Assembly (NCBI GenBank): GCA_035547155.1
Contig: DASZVJ010000116.1
Location: 3,607-67,606 of the forward strand
DNA: 64,000 nucleotides
Direction of reading: 5' to 3'
Source: Vicinamibacterales bacterium
GTDB taxonomy: Bacteria > Acidobacteriota > Vicinamibacteria > Vicinamibacterales > SCN-69-37
Shown: in pieces, positions 28,074 through 37,508 of the stretch
Numbering within the stretch: position 1 is the first letter of the stretch
Layout of the letters: every line of letters starts with the position of its first letter
Position numbers and translations under genes: made by a program
Notes under the pieces: model-generated
What the model was told of the DNA's origin: nothing
The model's input: only the letters and a program-made list of their open reading frames with translations
Database searches by the model: none

Positions 28074-29042
28074 ATGGACGCCAAACCCGCCGCTCCGGCC
28101 GACGTCTTCGTTCACCCGCAAGGGCTCTGTGAGACGTCGCGCGTTGGCGCACGCACGCGGATTTGGGCCTTCGCGCACGTTCTGTCCGGCGCGACGATCG
28201 GCGTCGACTGCAACATCTGTGATCACGTGTTCATCGAAGACGACGTCGTCGTCGGCGACCGCGTGACCGTCAAGAGCGGCGTGCAGCTCTGGAATGGCGT
28301 GTCTCTCGGAGACGACGTCTTCGTCGGACCGAACGCGACGTTTTCCAACGACAAGTATCCGCGGAGCAAGCAGTATCAAACGCAGGTCTCGCGTACGGAG
28401 ATCGGGCGCGGCGCATCCATCGGTGCCGGCGCCGTGATTCTGCCTGGCGTACGCGTCGGTTCGCGCGCGATGATCGGCGCCGGCGCGGTCGTGACGCACG
28501 ACGTCCCTGCCCGCGCCATCGTCTCGGGCAATCCCGGGCGCATCGTCGGCTACTCGGACGCCACGCGCGTGAACCCGATCCCGACGCCGGTGTCGTCCGG
28601 GCGAGGCGAGGTCCCGTCGTCGCTGGGCAGTGTCTCCGGCGTGTCGTTGCACGCGCTCACGCTCGTCGAGGATCTCCGTGGCCGGCTGGCCGCTGGCGAG
28701 TTCGTCGATCAGATTCCGTTTCAGCCGAAGCGATTTTTCCTGGTGTTCGATGTGCCAGGAAAAGAGGTCCGCGGCGAGCACGCACATCGCACGTGCCACC
28801 AGTTCCTGATCTGCCTGCGCGGCCGCGTGTCGATCGTCGTCGACGACGGCCGTCATGCGGCGGAAATCGGCCTGGACGGGCCAGAGCTCGGCGTGTACGT
28901 GCCGCCCATGATCTGGACGGTCCAGTTCAGATATTCCGACGACGCGATGCTGCTCGTGCTCGCATCGGAGCACTACGATCCGGCGGATTACATTCGCGAC
29001 TACGACGAATTCCTGTCGGGGCCGATGGCGGGCGGCCGCTAG
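28074..29042 (+). CDS. WxcM-like bifunctional protein: left-handed beta-helix N-acetyltransferase plus FdtA-type cupin (3,4-ketoisomerase-like)
   Basis: The N-terminal half has hexapeptide repeats (IGVDCNICDHVFIEDDVVVGDRVTVKSGVQLWNGV...IGAGAVILPGVRVGSRAMIGAGAVV). The C-terminal half, ...DLRGRLAAGEF..IPFQPKRFFLVFDVPGKEVRGEHAHRTCHQFLICLRG...YVPPMIW, matches the WxcM/FdtA cupin. Confidence 0.7.
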   Translation: MDAKPAAPADVFVHPQGLCETSRVGARTRIWAFAHVLSGATIGVDCNICDHVFIEDDVVVGDRVTVKSGVQLWNGVSLGDDVFVGPNATFSNDKYPRSKQYQTQVSRTEIGRGASIGAGAVILPGVRVGSRAMIGAGAVVTHDVPARAIVSGNPGRIVGYSDATRVNPIPTPVSSGRGEVPSSLGSVSGVSLHALTLVEDLRGRLAAGEFVDQIPFQPKRFFLVFDVPGKEVRGEHAHRTCHQFLICLRGRVSIVVDDGRHAAEIGLDGPELGVYVPPMIWTVQFRYSDDAMLLVLASEHYDPADYIRDYDEFLSGPMAGGR

Positions 29043-29974
29043 CGGGGCGAGTCGAACCGTTCCAGCGTGCGGACGATGAACGCCGGCCGATCGCGCGTGT
29101 TCTGCAGCGTGAGCCACAGATACTGGCCGACGATGCCGAGGCCGAGCGCGGTCAGGCCGCCGAACGACGTGATCGCGAGCATCAGCGGCGTGTAGCCGAG
29201 CACGGGGATCAACCCGACAGACCACGCCACCAGCACCGTCACACTCGCCGTCAACGCCAGCACCGTCGCGGCCGTGCCCAGGATCAACAGCAGCTTGATC
29301 GGAATGTCGGTGAAGTTGAAGACGCTGTCGATCGCGTACCGCAGCTTTCGGCCGAACGTCCACGCGCTCCGTCCGTGCTGTCGCGCGCGTCGCTCGTACG
29401 GCACCGACACGCGCCGGAAGCCGACCCACAGCAGCAGTGCGACGAGGCTCGAGTTCGTCTCTTTGAGGTCGACGAGTCGATCGCGTACCGGCTTGGTGCA
29501 GCCGAAGACGTCGACGCCGCCGCGCGGCATGTCCGGCACGACGAACCGGCGATACAGGCTCCAGAACGTTTCGGCCGTCACGCGAGAGAACCAGGGATCG
29601 GCTCGGCGCTCGCGATATCCCAGAACGACGTCGACGTCGCCGGACGTGAGCAGCCGGTCGAACGTCACGGCGAGCTCGGGCGGCTCCTGGAGATCCGCGG
29701 TGATGACCGCGAACCGGTCGCCTCGGCCTTCCCGTAGTCCCGCCGCGATCGCGGCGAATGATCCGAAGTTTCTCGACAGCTCGACGAGCGTCGACGGCAG
29801 GCCCCACGACGGCAGCTCGCGGCGGAGCACGTCCGCGCAGCGATCAGGGCTGCCATCGACGACGAAGACGACCTCGAGCCCGCTGGTGCAATCCGGTGCG
29901 ATCGCACGAATCGCGTCGAGCAGCGCCGGAAGACCGTCCTCGTTCTTGTAGACGGGGATGACGAGCGACAGCAT
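29039..29974 (-). CDS. family-2 glycosyltransferase, polyprenyl-phosphate glycosyltransferase type (GtrB/ArnC-like)
   Basis: MLSLVIPVYKNE..., VVDGSPD and ADLQEPPE are present. Two C-terminal TM helices are also present, the GtrB/ArnC hallmark. Confidence 0.8.
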   Translation of the reverse strand: MLSLVIPVYKNEDGLPALLDAIRAIAPDCTSGLEVVFVVDGSPDRCADVLRRELPSWGLPSTLVELSRNFGSFAAIAAGLREGRGDRFAVITADLQEPPELAVTFDRLLTSGDVDVVLGYRERRADPWFSRVTAETFWSLYRRFVVPDMPRGGVDVFGCTKPVRDRLVDLKETNSSLVALLLWVGFRRVSVPYERRARQHGRSAWTFGRKLRYAIDSVFNFTDIPIKLLLILGTAATVLALTASVTVLVAWSVGLIPVLGYTPLMLAITSFGGLTALGLGIVGQYLWLTLQNTRDRPAFIVRTLERFDSPR

Positions 29975-29996
29975 GCGCGAGGATTATAGATGCCGA

Positions 29997-32192
29997 TCAC
30001 TCGACGACGACGGGCTGCGCGGGCGTTTCGTACGCGCAACGTCCGTCTGCGGCCGCGATGCGAAGGATGAGCGTATGTGAGCCGCGATCGAGCTGGCGCG
30101 CTGGAATGGCCGTCATGAAGCCGCTCTGCAGGTACGCCGGTCGCGAGAAGTGCGCGGCAACGTCCTGGCGTTCGAGGCCATAGATCGTCTGAAACAGCCT
30201 GCCGTCCACGCGCACGTCCACGCCCGTCCCCGTGGACTGCGCCGCGTCGTCGACGGCCCAGCCTTCGACTCTGATCGCACGAGCGGCTGCGACGTGGATC
30301 GGCTCACGCGATGACGGCCGCGTGGCCGCGTCCACGCGGTCGATCGAGAACGTCGCCGGCGCCGCGCAGACCGGCAGATCGGCGGTTGCCGCCGCGGCGC
30401 CGCCGGCGCGCGTGAGGAAGGCATCGGTCGATGATGGAGCGGTGACGCGACGAAGATCGACGACGACATACCGCTCCGTCTGCGCGAGCACGCTCACATT
30501 GGGCTGTTGCTCGATCGATGCCACGACTGCGGCGCCGTTGTCCGCATAACCGTCACGATCGATCTCGATCGCCGAAAAGCCCTGGGACGCGAGCTCGGGC
30601 ACGAGGCGAGCGACCGGCAGCAGCGATGTCGCCTGCTGCCACCGCACCTGCTGATTGCTGAGCGCGGGATAGCTCCAGCGCAGCGTGCGTGAGACCAGGT
30701 ACATCCTGGCGTGATCGTAGGGCTGCATGCGCAACGGGCTGTCGCCGTCGGGGTACAAGCGCAGCGGGAGCTGAAACACCATCGCACCGGCGGGCAGCCG
30801 TGATTCCAGATCACGCACGAGACCGCGCACGGCCGTGTACTCCGACGCGATGTCCTTGGAGGTCGCGTTCACGTTGACCGTCGCGGCGCGTTGATCCGCA
30901 AGTCCGACGAGCGCCACGACAATGGCCGCGCCGGCACGCGCCCGGCGCGATCGGATCGCGTCGAGCACCAGCGCGACGGCCGCGAGCGAAAAGAACGCGA
31001 TGAACGGCGAGATGCGATTGTAGGCGCGGATCTCCGGCGAGATCAGCAGATTGAAGAGGCTGCCGAGGCCGCCCACGGTGGCGAGCAGCAGCGCGGCAAG
31101 CGCCAAGCGGCTCGAGGCGGCCAACGTCTCGCGATGCGCGAGCCGGTCACCGAGCCGGGGTACCAGGAGCAACGCCAGCAGCGTCAGGAATCCGAGCGAT
31201 CCGATCACGCCGAGACGCGCCGTCTGATTCTCGTTCTCGAGCGGAAACGCGGCGATCTGATCGCGAGCGAGCCAGGCGCGGAACGGCGGAAAACGGTGCC
31301 AGAGGCCCGGGCTCAACAGATGGCGAATCTTGAGGCCGTAGATGTCGGCTTCGGCGGGCGTCTTGTCCGGCACCGCGATCGGCACGCCCCGCTGCGCCCA
31401 CGAGTGCAGGCTGGGCGCGAGGTTGATCGCCGTGCCACCGCCGATCACGACGAGGCAGAACATCCCGATCCAGAGCACACGGCGCGATCGGTGCTGAATC
31501 GCACCGGTCAACGCACCGGCGAGGATGACGAAGGCCCCGAAGAACGCGTAGTACACGTAGTTGAATGCGAGCAGCAGGCACCCGGCGATGAAGCCGGCGA
31601 ACGGCCGTTCGCGGAGCGCACGCGGCCGCCCCATGGCCAGGAATAGCGCTGCGGTGCAGGCGAACGGCACGAGGTAGATGACCAGCCAGGGTTGGCCGGT
31701 GTTCTTGTAGAGCGCGTAGGGCAGCAGCGCGAACAGCGTGCCTGCGACCAGCGCGCTGATTCTCGAGGCACCCAGCGTCCCGATGCACCACGTGGCCGAG
31801 AGGCCGCTGAGGACGACCATCAGCAGCCACGTGGCGTTGATCGCCGTCATCGGATCACGTACGACGCGGCTCACGATCCAGACGAGAGCCTGGTCGACGT
31901 TCGGTGCGGCCGGATACTGCAGCGCATCCAGGCCGAACGGCGCGCCGACGCGCGCGTTGAACCACCACCATCCGTTGTCGATCGTGCTCTTGCTCTGCAG
32001 CGCCGCGCTCAGACTGTCGCGCGAGAAGCGCAGCGGCATCGTGAAATCACGATCCCATCCGCGTAGATAGACGAAGACGATTGCCGCGAGCAGCGCCGCA
32101 TGCGCGAGCACGAGCGCCGCGTCACGCCAGCGTGGGCCGTGAGACGACGGCACCGCCGCCGTGGAGGCGGCGATCGGAGGGACGGAGCTCAT
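29997..32192 (-). CDS. large polytopic membrane protein with a C-terminal periplasmic domain (putative GT-C glycan transferase)
   Basis: 731 aa. The N-terminal two-thirds are multi-TM, with an early loop motif DNGWWWFNARVGAPFGLD. The C-terminal ~250 aa are soluble. No confident family name. Confidence 0.5.
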   Translation of the reverse strand: MSSVPPIAASTAAVPSSHGPRWRDAALVLAHAALLAAIVFVYLRGWDRDFTMPLRFSRDSLSAALQSKSTIDNGWWWFNARVGAPFGLDALQYPAAPNVDQALVWIVSRVVRDPMTAINATWLLMVVLSGLSATWCIGTLGASRISALVAGTLFALLPYALYKNTGQPWLVIYLVPFACTAALFLAMGRPRALRERPFAGFIAGCLLLAFNYVYYAFFGAFVILAGALTGAIQHRSRRVLWIGMFCLVVIGGGTAINLAPSLHSWAQRGVPIAVPDKTPAEADIYGLKIRHLLSPGLWHRFPPFRAWLARDQIAAFPLENENQTARLGVIGSLGFLTLLALLLVPRLGDRLAHRETLAASSRLALAALLLATVGGLGSLFNLLISPEIRAYNRISPFIAFFSLAAVALVLDAIRSRRARAGAAIVVALVGLADQRAATVNVNATSKDIASEYTAVRGLVRDLESRLPAGAMVFQLPLRLYPDGDSPLRMQPYDHARMYLVSRTLRWSYPALSNQQVRWQQATSLLPVARLVPELASQGFSAIEIDRDGYADNGAAVVASIEQQPNVSVLAQTERYVVVDLRRVTAPSSTDAFLTRAGGAAAATADLPVCAAPATFSIDRVDAATRPSSREPIHVAAARAIRVEGWAVDDAAQSTGTGVDVRVDGRLFQTIYGLERQDVAAHFSRPAYLQSGFMTAIPARQLDRGSHTLILRIAAADGRCAYETPAQPVVVE

Positions 32193-32276
32193 GACGGCGC
32201 ATCATCATCTCACACGGGATCCGTGACGCCCCGGTCCGACGCCCGCTCCCGCGGCTCGCCGATCGCGTGGCGTCGG

Positions 32277-33917
32277 TCAGCTGCTCAGCAGCTCAGGCAG
32301 CCGCGTCAAGAACGTACGGATGACCTCGAGCTGTTCCGTCGTGGCGATGAAGTCGAAGGCGCCGGCATCGATGGCGCCGACGCGTCCTTCGACCGTCGCG
32401 ACCAGCGCAGCCGGCACGACCGGGCACTCGCCGAAGAGTCCGATCAAGCTCGTCCACGCCGGCATGTCCAGAATTGCGACCACGTCGAGCGCGTCGCTCG
32501 CGAGCCACGGCGTCTCTCGATGGGTGCGCACCTGGCGCGCGAGGGCATGCAGCGCCAGCAGCGCGTGGGCGTCGGTGCAGCGAAGCGCGTCGATCGTCAC
32601 GAGCAGCCGTTGGACGACGAGCTGGGTGACGTCCTCATGCAGGATCGACCAGCCGACTTCGAACACGGTCACGAGATCGTGATGCACGAGGAAGTCGTCC
32701 GGCATCGATGAATCAGCCGCGTGTCCACGCATAGACGGCGGCCATCGATCGGGCCAGTGCTCGAGCCCGAGGTTGCACGCGCTCACGGCCGCCGCAGAGG
32801 CGCGTTCGGGAGTGAACGGGCCCGACGGCAGCGCACATCCCGACATCAGCACATTCGTGAGAAACGCGAGGTCCCGTGCGCGTGCATCGTACGCGGCCTC
32901 GTTGGCGTGCTGCAGGTGCGCCATCAGCCGCCGAATCGTCGCGAGATGCGACGGCGCACCGGCATCGCCTGTCAGCAGGCCGCGCGGCCGGCTTGCACCG
33001 AATGTGATGTCGGCGACGAGGCCCTCGATGGCGCGCACGTCCGCGTCGACGTCGGGATCGGACGTCGTGCGCGCGTCGCGTCGCAGCGGCATCGCCTCCG
33101 CCGCCGCTTCGCCCGTACGTCGATAGGCGACGGCGATGGGATTGCCGTCCGCGGCGTCTGCGCGTCGACGAGGCGACCGTGCCACGGCGAGGAACGCGCG
33201 CGCGTCGGCGGCGCTGAGATAACCGCGGTCCGACCGGCGTCCTTCGCGGCCGACGGCCAGATCGTGCATCTGCTGCCCGGTGGCGGCGAGGAGATCGTCG
33301 AGGCCGTCGCGCTCGAATCCGCGGCTCGACAGCCGGCGGCATCCGCGCATGATGTCGAGAAATCGTTCGGGCTCGTGCGCTTCGAGGGCGGTCAGGACCG
33401 CGACGATTGCGTCGAGGACGTCGGAGTGCCCGGCGCGCAGCAGATAGCCGGCGAGCTCCTGCTCCGCGTCGCCGGATGCCGCGGGACGGCGATCCCACGG
33501 CTCGTCGTCGCTCGGCGCGATCGGGGCGAACGACGCGAGGTCGAAGACGCGGACGTGCCGGGAAAGGCCGCCGACGATGAGATCGACGTCCATCGTCGCG
33601 GCGATCCGCGCGGCGTCGGCGTCGTCCATGCCGGCCAGCAACGCGAGCCAGTCCGCGAAGCGCACCGCGTCGAAGTGCTCGTCTTGACCAGCGGCGACGC
33701 CGCGCCAGAGATCCAGATCGAGGACGGCTGTCAGCTGGTCTGGAGTTGCACCGGCGATGAGCGCGCCGCACGCATCGAGGCCGTGCGCGTAGATGATCGT
33801 CTGCAGCGTCTCCGGCGCGAGATGCGGGACGAGGTGTGCGAGATCGGATCGATCCAACAGACGCGCGATTCGATCGCGCACTGAGACCGCGAGCGCGGAG
33901 TCCGATAGTTTGGACAT
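32277..33917 (-). CDS. hypothetical cytoplasmic protein (Asp/Ala/Leu-rich, helical)
   Basis: ORF 32277..34007 is trimmed to MSKLSDS (ATG at 33917). Codon usage looks consistent with coding. The N-terminal region vaguely resembles MgtE-N-like helical repeats. I recognise no family. Confidence 0.55.
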   Translation of the reverse strand: MSKLSDSALAVSVRDRIARLLDRSDLAHLVPHLAPETLQTIIYAHGLDACGALIAGATPDQLTAVLDLDLWRGVAAGQDEHFDAVRFADWLALLAGMDDADAARIAATMDVDLIVGGLSRHVRVFDLASFAPIAPSDDEPWDRRPAASGDAEQELAGYLLRAGHSDVLDAIVAVLTALEAHEPERFLDIMRGCRRLSSRGFERDGLDDLLAATGQQMHDLAVGREGRRSDRGYLSAADARAFLAVARSPRRRADAADGNPIAVAYRRTGEAAAEAMPLRRDARTTSDPDVDADVRAIEGLVADITFGASRPRGLLTGDAGAPSHLATIRRLMAHLQHANEAAYDARARDLAFLTNVLMSGCALPSGPFTPERASAAAVSACNLGLEHWPDRWPPSMRGHAADSSMPDDFLVHHDLVTVFEVGWSILHEDVTQLVVQRLLVTIDALRCTDAHALLALHALARQVRTHRETPWLASDALDVVAILDMPAWTSLIGLFGECPVVPAALVATVEGRVGAIDAGAFDFIATTEQLEVIRTFLTRLPELLSS

Positions 33918-34060
33918 GGGCCGGCCATCATAGCGGCCGCACGCGGATCGAAACAGTCTTGAAGTTCGCGCGCCTCTGGCGGATCCTGATAGTGGGCACT
34001 CCGCCAAACCTCCACGCGCCGCTGCCGCGCATCGCCGAGCGTGCGCCCCATCATCCTTCG

Positions 34061-34112
34061 GCAGCTCGCAGCTCGCAGCTCGCTACTGCTGCTGCTGCTG
34101 CTGTCGCTGCTG
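34061..34112. repeat. microsatellite block: (GCAGCTC)x3 immediately 3' of the stop, then (CTG)6-TCG-(CTG)2 encoding the poly-Q tail
   Basis: The sequence is gcagctcgcagctcgcagctcgc ta ctgctgctgctgctgctgtcgctgctg. The stop codon (cta on plus = TAG) sits at 34083-34085, between the two repeat types. Confidence 0.85.
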
Positions 34113-35048
34113 GATCTCGTCGTCGGGCGCCGTCGCCGCGCGCGGCGGGACGATCCAACTCACGCTTGGGGAGAGCTCGCGCACCGCGATGGGCGATGTC
34201 GCGGGCGCGACGGCGACCGCGACGCTGAGCTCGCTGCCGGCGTCGCCCTTGAACACGCCGCGCGTCGGCGGCACGTCGCTGTAGTCGCGACCGATCGCGA
34301 CTGCGATGTGGCGGTCGCCGGCCATGGCGTTGTTGGTGGGATCGAAGCCGACCCAGCCGATGTGCGGCAGGAACGCCTCGATCCACGCGTGTGTCGCGTT
34401 GGCGCTGGCGCGGTCGTGCGCGGACTCGCGCGGGGCGATGTAGCCGCTCACGTACCGGCTGGGAATCCCGAGACTGCGCACGAGCGCGATCATGATGTGC
34501 GCGAAGTCCTGGCACACGCCTGCACGCGCCCGCAGCGCATCGTCGATCGGCGAGTCGACGCGCGTCGTCCTGGGTTCGTACGCAAATTGCGAATAGATGG
34601 TCGAGTTGAGCCCGCGCAGCGTCGACAGGGGATCGCGCTTCCGCCCGAAGCCGATCGCCACGGCGAATTGGCTGAGCGCAGCGGTCTGCCGCGTGAAGAG
34701 GCTCGGCATCAGCCAGTCGACGTACTCGCCCGACGCGGCGAGGTCGTCGACGTCGGTCCAGGCGTCTTCCGGCAATTGCCTCGGCAGATCGGGCGGCGCG
34801 GCCACGTCAACGGCCGCCTCGATCGACACGTCGAGCCGCGCGTGACGGCCTGGAATGTCGAAGTAGTGCACCGCGTTGCCGTAGTGGTCGCGGTACGCGA
34901 ACAGCCGCGCGCGGTGCGTCGTCGTCACGTTGAATCGCAGGCAGCGCTGGCGATCGAGCTCGAGCGGCTGCATGCGCAGCTCCATGACGCTCTCGCAGAT
35001 GGGCGTGGTATAGACGAAGCGCGTGAGATGGCGGACGAGGTATTGCAT
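34083..35048 (-). CDS. transglutaminase-like cysteine protease family protein (Bact_transglu_N + transglutaminase core) with a C-terminal QQRQQQQQQ
   Basis: The protein starts at MQYLVRHLTRFVYT. The catalytic-type triad context is GVCQDFAH, THAWIEAF and GFDPTN. It lies within track ORF 34083..35723. Confidence 0.85.
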   Translation of the reverse strand: MQYLVRHLTRFVYTTPICESVMELRMQPLELDRQRCLRFNVTTTHRARLFAYRDHYGNAVHYFDIPGRHARLDVSIEAAVDVAAPPDLPRQLPEDAWTDVDDLAASGEYVDWLMPSLFTRQTAALSQFAVAIGFGRKRDPLSTLRGLNSTIYSQFAYEPRTTRVDSPIDDALRARAGVCQDFAHIMIALVRSLGIPSRYVSGYIAPRESAHDRASANATHAWIEAFLPHIGWVGFDPTNNAMAGDRHIAVAIGRDYSDVPPTRGVFKGDAGSELSVAVAVAPATSPIAVRELSPSVSWIVPPRAATAPDDEIQQRQQQQQQ

Positions 35049-35086
35049 CGGATGATTCCTGCTGACTTGGGACGTCGAGTGAAGCC

Positions 35087-36025
35087 CTATCGAGCGATCG
35101 CCGCTTCGAGCGCGTAGCTGATGTACGTCTGGTTCAGCGCCGCATGGATCTGATCGCACTGTTCGCGGATGCTCTCGACGTATCGCACGAGATCGTCCGC
35201 GATGATCTCGTCGATCGTCCCGAAATTCAGCGCCGCGCGCAGCCGGCCGGCGAAGCGCTCCGGCCGGCCCGTCGCCTCGCGGCCGAGCACGCGCGCGATG
35301 GCGCGCAGCGAGTCTTCGATGCGATCGGCGGCGAACCGGACGGACCGCGGGCAGTCGGCGTTGAGCAGCAGGAACTCGACGAGGCGTTCGGGACGGACGT
35401 CGGCCGTATGCGCGCGCGTGTACGCCTCGAACGCCGCGCACGCCCGCAGCAGACCGACCCACTCGACGTACTGACCAGTCTTCGGCGCATCGGCCGACGG
35501 ATTGCCGCGCTCGGCGAAGTACTCCGCGAGCATCGACGCCGTTGTCGTCGCGCGCTCCATGTACCGGCCGAGCTGCATGTAGTGCCAGCCTTCGCCCTGG
35601 CTCAGCGTCGCTTCTGCCACGCCCTGGAACAAATGCGTCCCCTCGATCACCGCCCGCATGAACGCCGGACCATCCGGCTGCGACTCGCGCGACACGAGAT
35701 ACAGCCGGTTGAGCTGCTCCCACATCTCCGCGCTGATCTGCTCGCGTATCTGACGCGCGTTCTCGCGCGCCGCGGCCACGCAGCCGACGACGACGGCGCG
35801 ATGCGCGGGATCGACGCGGCCGGTCGCTTCGGCGCGTGCCGGGATCTCCGGGATCGGCACGCCGGCCGGGCGCTCACCGACCGCCGACAGCAGCGTGCGG
35901 CCGACCGTATCCGTCGGATCGTCGAGACTGAGGCTGAGATGCACGTTGATCACGCGCGCGGAGTGCTCGGCGCGCTCGAGGTAGCGCCGCATCCAATAGA
36001 ACGAGTCGGCCACGCGTGACAGCAT
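35087..36025 (-). CDS. alpha-E domain protein (DUF403)
   Basis: The start MLSRVADSFYWMRRYLERAEHSARV is the hallmark N-terminus of alpha-E proteins. It lies within track ORF 35087..37210. Confidence 0.8.
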   Translation of the reverse strand: MLSRVADSFYWMRRYLERAEHSARVINVHLSLSLDDPTDTVGRTLLSAVGERPAGVPIPEIPARAEATGRVDPAHRAVVVGCVAAARENARQIREQISAEMWEQLNRLYLVSRESQPDGPAFMRAVIEGTHLFQGVAEATLSQGEGWHYMQLGRYMERATTTASMLAEYFAERGNPSADAPKTGQYVEWVGLLRACAAFEAYTRAHTADVRPERLVEFLLLNADCPRSVRFAADRIEDSLRAIARVLGREATGRPERFAGRLRAALNFGTIDEIIADDLVRYVESIREQCDQIHAALNQTYISYALEAAIAR

Positions 36026-36030
36026 CGTCG

Positions 36031-37503
36031 CTACTCCGCGAGCACCCAGGTATCTTTGCTGCCGCCGCCCTGTGACGAGTTGACGACGAGCGATCCCCGC
36101 CTGAGCGCGACGCGCGTCAGGCCGCCGGGCACGACCGTGCACGAGTCGCCGCTGCACAGCACGTACGGCCGCAGATCCACGTGCCGCGGCTCGATGCCCT
36201 CGTCGAGGAAGCTGGGCGCGCGCGAGAGCGCGAGCGTCGGCTGCGCGATGTAGTTGCGCGGGTTCGCGAGGATGCGCCGGCGAAACTCCTCGCGCTCGGC
36301 GGCCGTGCTGTGCGGGCCGATGAGCATGCCGTAGCCGCCGGACTCGCCGACGGCCTTGACGACCAGCTCGCCCAGGTGCTCGAGCGCGTACGCGCGATCC
36401 GTATCGTTGCCGAGCAGGTACGTCTCGACGTTCGGCAGGATCGGATCCTCGCCGAGATAGAACTTGATGATCGCCGGCACGTACGCGTAGACCGCCTTGT
36501 CGTCGGCGACGCCCGTGCCGATGGCATTCGCCATTGCGACGCTGCCCGCGCGGTATGCGTTGAACAGACCCGCGACGCCGAGCGCCGAGTCCGTTCTGAA
36601 CGCGAGCGGATCGAGGAAGTCGTCGTCGACGCGGCGGTAGATGACGTCCACGCGCCGCAGCCCGCCCGTCGTCCGCATGTAGACGATGTTGTCGTGGACG
36701 AGGAGATCGCGGCCCTCGACGAGCTCGACGCCCATCTGTCGCGCGAGGAACGCGTGCTCGAAGTATGCCGAGTTGTAGACGCCTGGCGTGAGCACGACGA
36801 TCGTCGGCTGCGGCTGCGCCGGCGCGAGCGATCGCAACGTCGCGAGCAGCGCCTGCGCGTAGTGATCGATCGGCTCGATCTCGTAGTCGACGAACAGCTG
36901 CGGGAACACGCGCTTGGTGATTTGGCGGTTCGTCAGCATGTACGACACGCCGCTCGGCACGCGCAGGTTGTCCTCGAGGACGGCGAACGATCCATCCGGC
37001 AGCCGCACGAGATCCGTGCCCGCGACCGAGATCCGCACGTCGGGCCGCTGGTAGAGCCCGCGCATCTCGCGCCGGTAGTGCTGCGCGGTGACCACGAGCT
37101 CGCGCGGGACGATGCCCTCCTTGAGGATGCGGCCGTCGCCGTAGACGTCGCGCAGGAACAGGTTCAGCGCGAGGAGGCGCTGCGACAGGCCGCGGCTGAT
37201 GCGCTGCCATTCGTCGTGTGTGAGGATGCGCGGCAGCAGGTCGTAGGGAAAGACGCGCTCGGTGCCGCCTTTGTCGCCGTAGACGGTGAACGTGATGCCC
37301 TGCTGGAGGAACGCGGCGTCGGCTTCGCGCTGGCGGCGCCGCAAATCCTCCGCCGGCAGATCGAGCAGCCGCGAGAGGAGCGCCTGATACGGCGGCCGAG
37401 GCCGGCCCGCGGCGTCGAACATCTCGTCGAAGCTCGTGTCGAGGTGATAGCTGGTGAAGAGCGCGGACAGCGCGACCGGGCCGCTGCCGGACACGGGAGC
37501 CAT
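36031..37503 (-). CDS. circularly permuted type-2 ATP-grasp protein (DUF404/DUF407)
   Basis: 490 aa. [57 protein letters not shown] and [17 protein letters not shown] are typical of the family. Confidence 0.85.
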   Translation of the reverse strand: MAPVSGSGPVALSALFTSYHLDTSFDEMFDAAGRPRPPYQALLSRLLDLPAEDLRRRQREADAAFLQQGITFTVYGDKGGTERVFPYDLLPRILTHDEWQRISRGLSQRLLALNLFLRDVYGDGRILKEGIVPRELVVTAQHYRREMRGLYQRPDVRISVAGTDLVRLPDGSFAVLEDNLRVPSGVSYMLTNRQITKRVFPQLFVDYEIEPIDHYAQALLATLRSLAPAQPQPTIVVLTPGVYNSAYFEHAFLARQMGVELVEGRDLLVHDNIVYMRTTGGLRRVDVIYRRVDDDFLDPLAFRTDSALGVAGLFNAYRAGSVAMANAIGTGVADDKAVYAYVPAIIKFYLGEDPILPNVETYLLGNDTDRAYALEHLGELVVKAVGESGGYGMLIGPHSTAAEREEFRRRILANPRNYIAQPTLALSRAPSFLDEGIEPRHVDLRPYVLCSGDSCTVVPGGLTRVALRRGSLVVNSSQGGGSKDTWVLAE

Positions 37504-37508
37504 GACGC

